From assembly GCA_963728945.1 (NCBI GenBank), contig CAVSMA010000001.1, positions 837,572 through 901,571 on the forward strand: a DNA stretch of 64,000 nt, given 5' to 3'. The notes below the pieces were generated by a model. It worked only from the letters and a program-made list of their open reading frames with translations. It was not told where the DNA came from and searched no databases. The stretch's first letter is position 1; each line of letters starts with the position of its first letter. This DNA comes from an uncultured Actinomycetota bacterium. Its GTDB lineage: Bacteria; Actinomycetota; Actinomycetes; Mycobacteriales; CADCTP01. The translations under genes were made by a program, and so were the position numbers. Shown piece by piece: positions 28,900 through 38,449 of this stretch.

Positions 28900-29761
28900 G
28901 ATGTCGGCGGTCGCCACCGCCCCTGCGGTCCGCCGGCCGCCCGTGGTCAGCACCCGGTTCCTGCGTTCGGAGCTGGGCATGGTGTTCGGGCGCCGGCGCA
29001 ACCTGGCGATCCTGGCCGTGCTGGCCGGGATCCCGATCGTCATCGCGATCGCGATCAAGGTGACCGCGCCGGTGAACGACGGCCGGGACGGGCCGCCGTT
29101 CCTGTTCTCGATCACCGCCAACGGGATCTTCGTCGCGCTCACCGCACTGACCGTGGTGCTGCCGCTGTTCATGCCGCTGGCAGTCGCGGTGGTGGCCGGC
29201 GAGTCGGTGGCCGGCGAGGCCTCCCTCGGCACGCTGCGCTACCTGCTGGTGGTGCCGGTGTCCCGGACCCGCCTGCTCGCGGTGAAGTACGCCGGCGCAC
29301 TGGCCTACTGCCTCGCCGCCGCGTTCGTCGTCGCGGTCGTGGGCACGCTGATGGGCGCGCTGCTGTTCCCGATCGGGCCGGTGACGTTGCTGTCCGGCAC
29401 CCAGGTGTCGTACGGGGCGGGGCTGGCCCGGCTGCTGCTGGTGGCGCTCTACATCGCCGCGATGATGGCCGGCCTGGCCGCGATCGGCCTGTTCGTCTCC
29501 ACCCTCACCGAGTCGGCGATCGCCGCGATGGCCACGACCGCGGTGCTGGCCGTGCTGAGCCAGGTGCTCAACCAGGTCCCGCAGCTCGACTGGCTGGCGC
29601 CCTGGCTGTTCAGCCACTACTGGCTCGACTACGGCGACCTGCTGCGCGACCCGATCGCCACCGGCGCGGTCACCAAGGGCCTCGCGGCCACCGCCGCGTA
29701 CGTGCTGATCTTCGGTTCGCTGGCCTGGTCGCGGATCACGACCAAGGACGTGAGCTCCTGA
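28886..29761 (+). CDS. ABC-2 type transporter permease
   Basis: 291 aa with six hydrophobic segments. Overlaps the ATPase stop (alternative ATG at 28901). Confidence 0.8.
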   Translation: MSAAEMSAVATAPAVRRPPVVSTRFLRSELGMVFGRRRNLAILAVLAGIPIVIAIAIKVTAPVNDGRDGPPFLFSITANGIFVALTALTVVLPLFMPLAVAVVAGESVAGEASLGTLRYLLVVPVSRTRLLAVKYAGALAYCLAAAFVVAVVGTLMGALLFPIGPVTLLSGTQVSYGAGLARLLLVALYIAAMMAGLAAIGLFVSTLTESAIAAMATTAVLAVLSQVLNQVPQLDWLAPWLFSHYWLDYGDLLRDPIATGAVTKGLAATAAYVLIFGSLAWSRITTKDVSS

Positions 29762-29781
29762 CCCGAAGGCGTGCCGGGCAC

Positions 29782-30030
29782 CTACTGCAGGTAGGTCTCG
29801 ACCTCGCCCGGCGGCCGCTCGGCCGCGCCCTCCGGGTCGTCGCCGTACTCGGACCTGGCCCGGCGCTGCCGCAACAGGTCCCAGGCCTGGTCGAGCTGCA
29901 CCTCGAGCTCGGCCATCCGCTCCCGCTCGGCGTCGGTCAGCCCCTGGCCGCCGGTGTGGCGGGAGCGCAGCATGTGCTCCTCGGCGACCAGCTCGTCGAT
30001 GTGGTTGAGGATCGAACGCTCGCTCGTCAT
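29782..30030 (-). CDS. DUF2630 family protein
   Basis: ATG at 30030. ILNHIDELVAEEHMLRSR...LTDAERERMAELEVQLDQAWDLLRQRRA is the DUF2630 signature. 82 aa. Its ATG overlaps the upstream MFS stop (ATGA at 30027-30030). Confidence 0.75.
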   Translation of the reverse strand: MTSERSILNHIDELVAEEHMLRSRHTGGQGLTDAERERMAELEVQLDQAWDLLRQRRARSEYGDDPEGAAERPPGEVETYLQ

Positions 30031-31523
30031 GGTGTCCCCTGCACTCCTGCGGATTGGGCCGCTTCCGCGTGCGGTCCGTCGATCGGGCAGTAGTAGTGGT
30101 GCTCGGCCGGCTGGCGTTTCGCCCCCTCGGGCTGGTTGCTGATGCCCACCGCGGACAGTAACCCACCGGCCGCGAGCATCCCGGCGCCGATCCAGACCGC
30201 CATGTGGAAGCCGCTGCTGAACGCCGTCGGGTCCCGGTAGACGGTGCCGGTGAGCCCCGCGACCGGCGGCACCACCGCGACCGCGAGAAGCCCGGCGCTG
30301 CGGGCCACGGCGTTGTTGACCCCGGAGGCGGCGCCCGCGTGCTTGGTCGGCGCGGCCGCGAGCACGGTCGAGGTCAGCGGCGCGACCAGCGTGGTCATCC
30401 CCGCCCCGAAGACCACGACCGCGGGCAGCACGTCGGTCACGTACGACGCGTCCGCGCCGATCCGGAGCATGAGCAGCAGGCCGAGGGCGGCGATCAGCGG
30501 GCCCGCGGTCATCTGCAGCCGCGGCCCGATCTTGTCCGCCAGCGCCCCCGACTGCGCCGACAGGGCCAGCATGATCAGCGTGAACGGCAACAGCGAGGCG
30601 CCCGCCGCCAGCGGGCTGAAGCCGGAGACCACCTGCAGCTGGAGGACCAGCAGGAACAGCACCGCTCCGAGCGCGCCGTACACGACGAACGTCACGATGT
30701 TGGCCACCGTGAACTGCCGGGAGCGGAACAGGCCGGTCGGCACCAGCGGGTGTTTGCTGGTCCGCTCGACCCAGACGAACCCGGCCAGTGCGAGCACGCC
30801 GAGCACGCCGGTGGCGACGACCATCGGGTCGGCTCCGTGCTCGCCGCCGGCGATCGATGCGTAGGTCAGCCCGGCCAGGCCGAGCGCTCCGAGCAGCGTG
30901 CCGGGCACGTCGAACCTGGAGCCGGCGGTCGGGTCGACGGACTCCGGCACGTGCCGGACGGAGATCCAGACCACCAGTGCCGCGAGCGGCAGGTTGACCA
31001 GGAACACCAGCCGCCAGCTCCAGGCCTGGATCAGCCAGCCGCCGATGAAAGGGCCGGCCGCGCCGGCGATGCCGCCCAGACCCGACCAGGCCCCGATCGC
31101 CCGGGAGCGGTCGGTCGCGACGAACGAGGCGGAGATGATCGCCAGGCTGCCCGGCGTCATCAACGCGCCGCCGACGCCCTGCAGCAGGCGGGCGCCGACC
31201 AGCATGTCGATGTTCGGGGCGATTCCGCACAGCGCCGAGGCGAGCGCGAACCAGATCGTGCCGAGCACGAACACCCGGCGCCGGCCGAGCCGGTCGCCGA
31301 GCGAACCGCCGAGCAGGATGAAGGACGCCAGGGTCAACGTGTAGCCGTTCAGCGTCCACTGCAGGCCACCGAGGTCGGCACCGAGGTCGTCGCCGATGGT
31401 CGGCAGCGCGACGTTGACCACCGTGGCGTCGAGGAACGCCATGCCGGAGCCGAGCACGGTGGCCAGCAGGACCCAGCGGCCGGGGGCCTCGCCGAGGCGC
31501 ACCTGGGCGGCCGGCGCGGTCAC
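30027..31523 (-). CDS. MFS transporter, DHA2 (EmrB/QacA, 14-TMS) type
   Basis: 498 aa, about 14 hydrophobic segments. LGGSLGDRLGRRRVF is MFS motif A. Confidence 0.85.
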   Translation of the reverse strand: MTAPAAQVRLGEAPGRWVLLATVLGSGMAFLDATVVNVALPTIGDDLGADLGGLQWTLNGYTLTLASFILLGGSLGDRLGRRRVFVLGTIWFALASALCGIAPNIDMLVGARLLQGVGGALMTPGSLAIISASFVATDRSRAIGAWSGLGGIAGAAGPFIGGWLIQAWSWRLVFLVNLPLAALVVWISVRHVPESVDPTAGSRFDVPGTLLGALGLAGLTYASIAGGEHGADPMVVATGVLGVLALAGFVWVERTSKHPLVPTGLFRSRQFTVANIVTFVVYGALGAVLFLLVLQLQVVSGFSPLAAGASLLPFTLIMLALSAQSGALADKIGPRLQMTAGPLIAALGLLLMLRIGADASYVTDVLPAVVVFGAGMTTLVAPLTSTVLAAAPTKHAGAASGVNNAVARSAGLLAVAVVPPVAGLTGTVYRDPTAFSSGFHMAVWIGAGMLAAGGLLSAVGISNQPEGAKRQPAEHHYYCPIDGPHAEAAQSAGVQGTP

Positions 31524-31599
31524 GATGTCTCAGACACGACGACGCCCACCACGGGAACACTGCCCCGGGTGGGCGTCGTCGGCAAGCGAACGACTCGGA

Positions 31600-31884
31600 T
31601 CAGCGGCGGGCCAGCCGGGCGAGCAGCGCGCCCACGATCAGGTACACGACCGCGGCGATGCCCCAGTTGACCAGGATGTCCTGACGCGGGTTGTCCTGCG
31701 GGAAGAGATTGTGGAACGGCGTGGTCAGGAACCGGCCGACGTCGAGGATGACATTGACGATCTCGTTGTTCGGGTTCGCCTTGATCAACACAAGGACGAT
31801 CCCGAGGATGATGATGGCGGCGACGATGCCGGCGATCGTGGAAATCACGCTGCCCGGCGATCGGTACCGCGTGCGGGTGACCAC
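31600..31884 (-). CDS. small membrane protein (hypothetical)
   Basis: GTG at 31884 is preceded by AGGAGG with a 6-nt spacer. 94 aa with two hydrophobic helices (ISTIAGIVAAIIILGIVLVLI; WGIAAVVYLIVGALLARL). Confidence 0.5.
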   Translation of the reverse strand: MVTRTRYRSPGSVISTIAGIVAAIIILGIVLVLIKANPNNEIVNVILDVGRFLTTPFHNLFPQDNPRQDILVNWGIAAVVYLIVGALLARLARR

Positions 31885-32058
31885 GGTGAACCTCCTGATT
31901 TCTCCCGACCCCCGTGGCTCGTTGTCGGTCCGAGTTGTTCCCGATTCCGGGTGTCGCCCAAACGCTGCCCTGTCGTTACCCAATTGCACACAGCGAGCAC
32001 ATAGCGTCCCTGCCTCGTACGAAGCCCGAAGCAAGTCCACGTACGAGCAGGAGGGCTC

Positions 32059-33585
32059 ATGACACGCTTCCGCCTCGCCGCGGCGGCCGGATCACTCGTC
32101 GCCGCTCTGACAGCGGGCATGGTCGCCGGCCTCGCGCCGGCCGCCTCCGCCGCGCCGGCGCGGCCGGTCCCGGGTGCGCCCGGGATCGGCGACCCCCTGT
32201 TCCCGGGGCTCGGCAACGGTGGCTACGACGTCACCCACTACTCGATCGGCATGACGTATCACGCCGGCACGAAGCTGGTGGACGCGGTGACCACGATCCG
32301 GGCCAGGGCGGACCAGGCGCTGACCAGGTTCGATCTCGACTTCGACGGAAACACGATCACGTCCGTACGGTTCGACGGCAGGCCGGTCACGTTCTCCCGG
32401 GAGGGCGCCGAGCTGGTCATCACCCCGCGCAAGCCCATCCGGCAGAACCAGCGGTTCTCGGTGACGGTGCGATACGTGGCGGATCCGCGCGGCCCGCACA
32501 ACTGCCCGACGCCGCCACCGCTCACGGGCACGGCCTGGTTCCCGAGCGCCGACGGTTTCGTCATCGCCGGCCAGCCGAACTGCTCGCACACGGTGTTCCC
32601 GTCCAACGACCACCCGCGGGACAAGGCGTCGTACGACTTCACGCTGACCGCGCCGAGCGACCTCACCGCGGTGGCGAACGGCGCGCTGGTGAAGAAGGTC
32701 TCGCACGGTGCGACCACCACGTGGACCTACCGGGAGAACCCGCCGATGGCGACCGAGCTCGCCCAGATCGCGGTCGGGCACTACACGGTGCTGACGCGCC
32801 GCGGGCCGGGGGGCGTGCTGCTGCGGGACGTGGTGCCGACGGCGGAGGCCGCGGTGGTCGGCGCCAAGCTGCAGAACGAGGCCGAGCACCTGCGGTTCAT
32901 GACCGCGCGGGTCGGGCCGTACCCGTTCGGCGAGTACGGCGTGCTGGCCGCGCCGCTGGTGTTCGGGTTCGCGCTGGAGACGCAGACGCTGTCGCTGTTC
33001 CCGGACTTCGTGTTCACCGGCAACGCGCCGGAGGCGGGCTACGCGCCGGTCCAGGTGCACGAGCTGGCGCACCAGTGGTTCGGGGACGACGTGTCGCCGG
33101 AGAAGTGGGCGGACGTCTGGCTGAACGAGGGCCACGCGACCTGGTATGAGGGCACGTTCGCGGACGCCAAGGGGTTCGAGTCGTTCGAGGCGCGGATGCG
33201 GCAGGCGTACGCGCTCGGTGACCAGTGGCGGCACGACTTCGGTCCGGTCGCCTCGCCGCCGGCGGACAACCTGTTCAACAACAACGTCTACGACGGCGGC
33301 GCGCTGGTGCTGTTCGCGCTGCGGGAGCGGATCGGGACCGCCGCGTTCAACCGGCTGGAGCGGGCCTGGGTGACGAAGTACGGCGGCAGCACGGCGGGCA
33401 CCCCGGACTTCATCGCGCTGGCCTCGAAGGTGTCCGGGCACGACCAGACCGCGTTCCTCACCGACTGGCTGTTCGGCACGAAGACCCCGCCGATGCCGGG
33501 GCACCCGGACTGGACCGTCGACCCGGTGCAGTCCACCGCCGGCGTGGCCGCCGCGAAGGTCGCGGTCGCGCTGATCCGCCGCTAG
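32059..33585 (+). CDS. M1-family metallopeptidase (aminopeptidase N-like), secreted
   Basis: Signal peptide present. Zinc motif VHELAHQWFGD with distal WLNEGHATW. The GAMEN-equivalent region is ALETQTL. Confidence 0.85.
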   Translation: MTRFRLAAAAGSLVAALTAGMVAGLAPAASAAPARPVPGAPGIGDPLFPGLGNGGYDVTHYSIGMTYHAGTKLVDAVTTIRARADQALTRFDLDFDGNTITSVRFDGRPVTFSREGAELVITPRKPIRQNQRFSVTVRYVADPRGPHNCPTPPPLTGTAWFPSADGFVIAGQPNCSHTVFPSNDHPRDKASYDFTLTAPSDLTAVANGALVKKVSHGATTTWTYRENPPMATELAQIAVGHYTVLTRRGPGGVLLRDVVPTAEAAVVGAKLQNEAEHLRFMTARVGPYPFGEYGVLAAPLVFGFALETQTLSLFPDFVFTGNAPEAGYAPVQVHELAHQWFGDDVSPEKWADVWLNEGHATWYEGTFADAKGFESFEARMRQAYALGDQWRHDFGPVASPPADNLFNNNVYDGGALVLFALRERIGTAAFNRLERAWVTKYGGSTAGTPDFIALASKVSGHDQTAFLTDWLFGTKTPPMPGHPDWTVDPVQSTAGVAAAKVAVALIRR

Positions 33586-33590
33586 GACCG

Positions 33591-33619
33591 GGGCGGCGCC
33601 GGCACTTCCGGCGCCGCCC
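33591..33619 (+). terminator. stem-loop right after the M1 peptidase stop
   Basis: 12-bp perfect stem GGGCGGCGCCGG / CCGGCGCCGCCC with a 5-nt loop, followed by TT. It starts 6 nt after the stop codon. Confidence 0.55.
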
Positions 33620-33781
33620 TTCCGGGCGCCGGCCGGACGGCCGCACGACCGGCCGGCGCCCACCCACCCCGCACGACCCGTGCCCCCATGACTCGGCGGG
33701 CGGCCACGCGCCCTACGACCCGTGCCCAACGGGCCGGCACCCGTGCGATCCCGTGCCCGGTCGGTCAGCCGGGCCGGGTGG

Positions 33782-36745
33782 TCAGCCGGCCTGGGAGGAC
33801 TCGACCGGGACCAGGCCGCGGCGGGAGGCGATCGCGACCGCCTCGGTGCGCCCGGACGCGCCGAGCTTGCTGAGGATGTTGGACACGTGCACGCTCGCCG
33901 TCTTCTCGGAGATGAACAGCGTGCGGCCGATCTGCCGGTTGGTGCGGCCGCGGGCGAGCAGCGCCAGCACGTCGCGCTCCCGGGCGGTCAGCGTCTGGTC
34001 GACCCGTACCGGCACCGGCAGCCCGGCCTCGAGCCGCCCGCGCCGGGCCAGCGCCTCCAGCGCTTCCTTCAGCGGCGTCGCCCCGAGCCGGACCGCGATC
34101 TCGTACGCCGCGCCGACCTCGGCCGCCGCCTCGTCCCGCCGGTCCTGGGCCAGCAGCGCCTCGGCCAGCCGCCACCGGCAGCGCGCCTCCTCGTACGGGT
34201 AGCCGTAGCCGAAGATCCGCAGCGCCTCGCGCCACAGGTCGGGGTCGGACGGGCCGGACAGCCGGGACCACTCGGCCTCGGCCCTGGCCAGCCACGCCAG
34301 CCCCTCCGGGCCGATCCGCCCGTGCCGCGGCCGGCCGCGCTTGGCCGTCGTCCGGGCCCGTTCGATCAACCCCTCGCCGCGCCGTACGGTCGCCGCGACC
34401 GCGTCGTCCTCACCGCGCAGCCGCTCGCCGTCGGCCCGGTCGGCCAGCGCGGCGAGGCCGAGCGCGGACAGCCAGATGCCGCCGAGATACCACTTGTCCC
34501 AGCGCCGCGTGACGTACTCGATCGCGCGGTCGGCGGCGTCCGCGGCCCCGTCCAGGTCACCGCGCCAGCGCAGCAGGTCGACCTCGCAGCCACCGGCGAC
34601 CAGCGCGAGGCTGGCGTCCTTGCTCCAGGAGCCGCGCAGCTGCGCGACCCGTTCGATCGCGGTCGGCAGCCCCCGACCGACCTCGACGTAGAGCGCGGCG
34701 GCGGCCAGCCGGGCCAGCACGATGTCGGGTGCGGCGTCGCCGGCGAGCTCGGCCGCCTCCAGGCTGCCGTCCCAGTCACCGGTCACGTACCGGGCGATGA
34801 CCTGCAGCACCCGGATCTCCAGCCCGTACACGCTGAACGTGAGGCCGGTCTCGGTCGCCCGGGCGACCCCGGCGTCCATGCAGGCCAGCGCGGTGGTGAT
34901 GTCGCCGGCGTAGTAGTAGCTGGCGGCGAGGTTGTAGTGGGCGCGCCCCTCGACCGACAGGTCGCCGGCCTCCCGGGCGCGGTCGCGCGCCTCCGCCAGC
35001 CGGGTCTGCGACTCGGCCGAGTCGCCCTCGATCTCGGCCACCAGAGCGAGGCTGGTCAGCGCGTCGGCCTCGGCGTCGGGCAGCCCGAGGGCGCGGGCGC
35101 CGGCCAGCGCCTCCTCGGCCCAGCCCTTCCCCTCGGTGTGCCGGTCGAGGTTGACCGCCGAGCGGGCCCGGGTCGCCGCGGCCCACACCCTGGCCCACGA
35201 CGGCGGGTCGGCCGGAACCGTGTCGAGCACCTCGCCGGTGGCCACGTATGCCTCCTTGGGCCGATCGGCGCCGAGCAGGTGCAGCGCCAGCATCTCCCGC
35301 GCGCCGGCGGCCCGCGCGCTGCCCGGGGACTCGCGGTCGGCCAGCGCGGTCGCGTCGGCGGCCAGGGCCACCGCCCGGCTCAGCTCGCCGGCGCTGGCCG
35401 CGGCCTGCGCCGCGGTGAGCTGCAGCGTGACCAGGTCGCTGCCGGCCCGCTGCTCGGCGTCGGGCACCGCGGCCCACAGCTGCAGTGCCCGCTCCAGCTG
35501 GCGCAGCGCCTCGACCGGCGCGTGCAGGTCCATCGCCTCGGTCGCCGCCTGCACCGACGCGGACAGCGCCCGGGGCAGGTCGTGGCTCTCCAGCGAGTGG
35601 TAGGCGAGCTCGGCCGCGCTGCTCTCCACCCCCTCGGCGAACAGCTTCGCGTAGGTGCCGTGCAGCCGGACCCGCTCGCCGGGCAGCAGGTCGCCGTAGA
35701 CCGCCTCCTGCAGCAGGGCGTGCTGGAACACGTACGACCCGCCGTCGGCGACGAGCACGTGGTGGGTGACGGCCTCGCGCAGCGCCTCCTCCAGCTCGAC
35801 CTCGGGCATCCCGGTCGCGGCCTGCAGCAGCGAGTGGCTGACCCGCCGCCCGGCGACCGAGGCGACCCGGGCCACCCGCTGCACCGCCGCCGGCAGCCGC
35901 TCGAGCCGGGCCAGCAGCACGTCGGCCAGCGCGGTCGGCAGACCTGGGTCGGCGGCCAGGCCGGCCGCCAGCAGCTCCTCGGCGAAGTAGGCGTTCCCCT
36001 CGGAGCGGGCGAGCACGTCGCGCACCAACGGGTCGGGCACCGGCCCGCCGGACAGCGTCCGCAGGTAGTCACCGAGCTCGGCCGGCGTGAACGGGGACAG
36101 CTCCAGCCGCTCGACGATCGGCAGCCGGAGCAGCTCGCCCAGCAGCGGGCGCAGCGGGTGGCGGCGGTGCAGGTCGTCGGCCCGGTAGGAGGCGATGACG
36201 GCCGCCCGCTCGGACCGCAGCCGGGCCAGCAGGAACGCGAGCAGGTCGCGGGTGGACTGGTCGGCCCAGTGCAGGTCTTCGATGACCAGCAGCAGCGGCG
36301 GGGCGATCTCGGCCGCGTCGCCGAGCGCGCCGGCGACCGCGTCGAACAGCTGCAGCCGGGCCGCATCGTCGTCGGCCGCCGGTGCCGCGGCCGGACGGCC
36401 GGGCCGGGTGATCAGCCGGTCGAGGGCGGGGCGGTCGCGCAGCGCCTCGGCGAGCGGCCCGTCCTCGCCGGCCAGGTCGGCGAGCTGGCGCAGCGCCTCG
36501 GCGAACGGCAGGTAGGGCAGGCCGACCGCGCCGAGGTCGACGCAGTGCCCGACGACGACGGTGGCGCCGCTCTGGCGGGCCTGCCGGCACAGCTCCGTGA
36601 GCAGCCGGGTCTTGCCCACGCCGGCGTCGCCGGAGAGAAGCACCGCCGCCGGCGAACCGGCCCGGGCGCGCTCCACCGCCGCGGACAGCCGGGCGAGCTC
36701 CGCGCCCCGGCCGATCAGCGGCTTCTCCGACCCCATCCTGGACAC
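33782..36745 (-). CDS. LAL-type regulator (N-terminal AAA/STAND ATPase, TPR-like middle, C-terminal LuxR HTH)
   Basis: 987 aa. Walker A GDAGVGKTRLL, Walker B LLLVIEDLHWAD, C-terminal LTARERDVLALLARGRTNRQIGRTLFISEKTASVHVSNILSKLG. Confidence 0.88.
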   Translation of the reverse strand: MSRMGSEKPLIGRGAELARLSAAVERARAGSPAAVLLSGDAGVGKTRLLTELCRQARQSGATVVVGHCVDLGAVGLPYLPFAEALRQLADLAGEDGPLAEALRDRPALDRLITRPGRPAAAPAADDDAARLQLFDAVAGALGDAAEIAPPLLLVIEDLHWADQSTRDLLAFLLARLRSERAAVIASYRADDLHRRHPLRPLLGELLRLPIVERLELSPFTPAELGDYLRTLSGGPVPDPLVRDVLARSEGNAYFAEELLAAGLAADPGLPTALADVLLARLERLPAAVQRVARVASVAGRRVSHSLLQAATGMPEVELEEALREAVTHHVLVADGGSYVFQHALLQEAVYGDLLPGERVRLHGTYAKLFAEGVESSAAELAYHSLESHDLPRALSASVQAATEAMDLHAPVEALRQLERALQLWAAVPDAEQRAGSDLVTLQLTAAQAAASAGELSRAVALAADATALADRESPGSARAAGAREMLALHLLGADRPKEAYVATGEVLDTVPADPPSWARVWAAATRARSAVNLDRHTEGKGWAEEALAGARALGLPDAEADALTSLALVAEIEGDSAESQTRLAEARDRAREAGDLSVEGRAHYNLAASYYYAGDITTALACMDAGVARATETGLTFSVYGLEIRVLQVIARYVTGDWDGSLEAAELAGDAAPDIVLARLAAAALYVEVGRGLPTAIERVAQLRGSWSKDASLALVAGGCEVDLLRWRGDLDGAADAADRAIEYVTRRWDKWYLGGIWLSALGLAALADRADGERLRGEDDAVAATVRRGEGLIERARTTAKRGRPRHGRIGPEGLAWLARAEAEWSRLSGPSDPDLWREALRIFGYGYPYEEARCRWRLAEALLAQDRRDEAAAEVGAAYEIAVRLGATPLKEALEALARRGRLEAGLPVPVRVDQTLTARERDVLALLARGRTNRQIGRTLFISEKTASVHVSNILSKLGASGRTEAVAIASRRGLVPVESSQAG

Positions 36746-36829
36746 GAGGCCATCGTCCCACCGCGGTACGACAGAACCTCAGCGCTTTCCTGTGGGCTGA
36801 AGTCGGGCCGGAGCCCGGCGAGCCGCGGA

Positions 36830-36874
36830 CACCACGACGGCCCGGCGAGCACCCCTCGCCGGGCCGTCGTGGTG
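36830..36874 (-). terminator. long perfect stem-loop
   Basis: 20-bp perfect inverted repeat CACCACGACGGCCCGGCGAG / CTCGCCGGGCCGTCGTGGTG with a 5-nt loop, about 60 nt downstream of the small ORF ending at 36933. Confidence 0.55.
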
Positions 36875-36932
36875 TGGAGGTCAGTTGTCCGCGCGATCTC
36901 CCGAGCCGGTTCCCCTTCGCCGGCCCCCGGAG

Positions 36933-37085
36933 TCAGTGGGCCGTGCGCCGGCCGAAGTGGCGGCCGGTGCGAGCGGCGCGGCGCGCGGTCCGGGCCAGCC
37001 GGAAGTCCGCGGCCTCGCGGCGCAGGTTCGCGCGGCGGTAGTCGAGCTCGGTGTCGAGCGCGGGACCGTAGTAGTAACCAGACAT
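36933..37085 (-). CDS. small basic hypothetical protein (50 aa)
   Basis: ATG at 37085 is preceded by GAGGAG (8-nt spacer). MSGYYYGPALDTELDYRRANLRREAADFRLARTARRAARTGRHFGRRTAH. I recognise no family. Confidence 0.3.
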   Translation of the reverse strand: MSGYYYGPALDTELDYRRANLRREAADFRLARTARRAARTGRHFGRRTAH

Positions 37086-37245
37086 CGTGTGCGCTCCTCG
37101 GATGACTCTCTCTCGTTGACGTGATCGAGAATCGTCCTGAGGTGGCACCTGCGGCATCGGAAGGTCACGCAGTCTCGCGGCCCGGCTCGGCCTGAGGTGG
37201 CCTAAGGTCCTTAGACAGCGGCATCCGAGCAGCTCAGCGGCATAG

Positions 37246-37281
37246 CCGGACCCCGGGAGCACGATCGCTCCCGGGGTCCGG
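37246..37281 (-). terminator. stem-loop downstream of the antitoxin-like gene
   Basis: 15-bp perfect inverted repeat CCGGACCCCGGGAGC / GCTCCCGGGGTCCGG with a 6-nt loop, 13 nt beyond the stop at 37294. Confidence 0.55.
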
Positions 37282-37293
37282 AAAGTATCAACG

Positions 37294-37476
37294 TTACGTC
37301 TGGGTGTCGCCGTCGCCCGTATGCTCCTGGGCCGCGTCCACCCCCCGGTCGATCTGCTCGCCGTACTTGCCGCCGGTCTTCTCGTCGGCGAAGTCCCCGG
37401 CCTTCTCCATGCCCTGGTCGACCTGCTCGTCGTGCTGGTCGGCGAACTCCTTCGCCTTGTCCATGAAGCCACCCAT
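37294..37476 (-). CDS. Rv0909/MT0933-like 'antitoxin' family small protein
   Basis: ATG at 37476. MGGFMDKAKEFADQHDEQVDQGMEKAGDFADEKTGGKYGEQIDRGVDAAQEH matches the repeated K/D/E-rich pattern of the MT0933-like antitoxin family (PF14013, from memory). Confidence 0.7.
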   Translation of the reverse strand: MGGFMDKAKEFADQHDEQVDQGMEKAGDFADEKTGGKYGEQIDRGVDAAQEHTGDGDTQT

Positions 37477-37724
37477 GGTCGGCTCCTCCCGTGTGAGTGA
37501 TTTCACCCTCCTCCCCCTGTTCACCGCTCGCAACCGGACCGGAACGGACCGATTCGGGCGCCCGGCACTCGTCGGCCGGCTCGTCCCGGCGCCGCATAGC
37601 CGGCCCAGCGGCAGCCGGTCAGCCACGCCGGCGCGCCGGCCGCGACACGGGCAATATCAGGACACTCGCACCGAACCCGGGCGACATAGCATCTCCACCG
37701 CCGGCTCCTGCGGCGCGCGGCCCC

Positions 37725-38303
37725 TCAGACGTCGAAGTCCGGCGGAATGAAGGAGAAGACAGCCATGTCGTAGCTCTGTCCACCCCAGCGGGCCTTGTTC
37801 CGCAGCACGCCCTCGGCGACCGCTCCGGATCCCGCCGCAGCCGCCCGGCTAGCCGCGTTCGCCGTGACCATCGAGATCTCCACGCGATGCAGACTCAGCT
37901 GGCCGACACCCCAGCCGGCGAGCAACCGCGCGGCGGTCCGGGCGACGCCGCGACCCGTCGCCGACGTCCGTACCCAGTAACTCAGATTCGCCGACGAGCG
38001 CCGCCGGTCGACTCCCTCCAGCGAGCAAGTCCCGAGCAGGGTCCCGTCATCGCCGAGGACGACGAACGCGTAGAGCGTTCCCTTCGCCCAGGCGTCCCGG
38101 GCGAAGCGCGCCCACTCCTCCTGATCGGCGACGGTGGCATCCGGCCGCCACCAGGGCACCGTCCCCTTCAACTCCGCCGCCGACTCGAGCACCGCCTCGT
38201 GCAACGCGGCAGCGTGGTCCACGTCCAGCGGCCGCAACTCGATCCCGGCGCCACCCAGACGGACGTCGCGCGACACCTGCTGCTGGACTTCGGCTGAGGA
38301 CAT
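37725..38303 (-). CDS. GNAT-family N-acetyltransferase (RimJ/RimL-like)
   Basis: 192 aa. IELRPLDVDHAAALHEAV... and the acetyl-CoA motif WVRTSATGRGVARTAARLL. Confidence 0.85.
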   Translation of the reverse strand: MSSAEVQQQVSRDVRLGGAGIELRPLDVDHAAALHEAVLESAAELKGTVPWWRPDATVADQEEWARFARDAWAKGTLYAFVVLGDDGTLLGTCSLEGVDRRRSSANLSYWVRTSATGRGVARTAARLLAGWGVGQLSLHRVEISMVTANAASRAAAAGSGAVAEGVLRNKARWGGQSYDMAVFSFIPPDFDV

Positions 38304-38449
38304 CGCTGGATGCTAGCGATTCACATGGTGGGCCGGTGATCGACGTAGTAACGCCATTCGGTCGGGCTGCCGTCGATACGCAGAGCAGGGGCGGCTGCAT
38401 CACGTGGCGGGTCCGGCCCAGCCCGGACAGACCTTGCTAGGGTCGGGCC

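Noticed and set aside
33722-37105. 1127-aa (+) ORF, the longest in the track
   Set aside because: Antisense to the LAL/LuxR regulator. The composition is dominated by R/G/P/Q/L repeats with no ATPase or HTH motifs.
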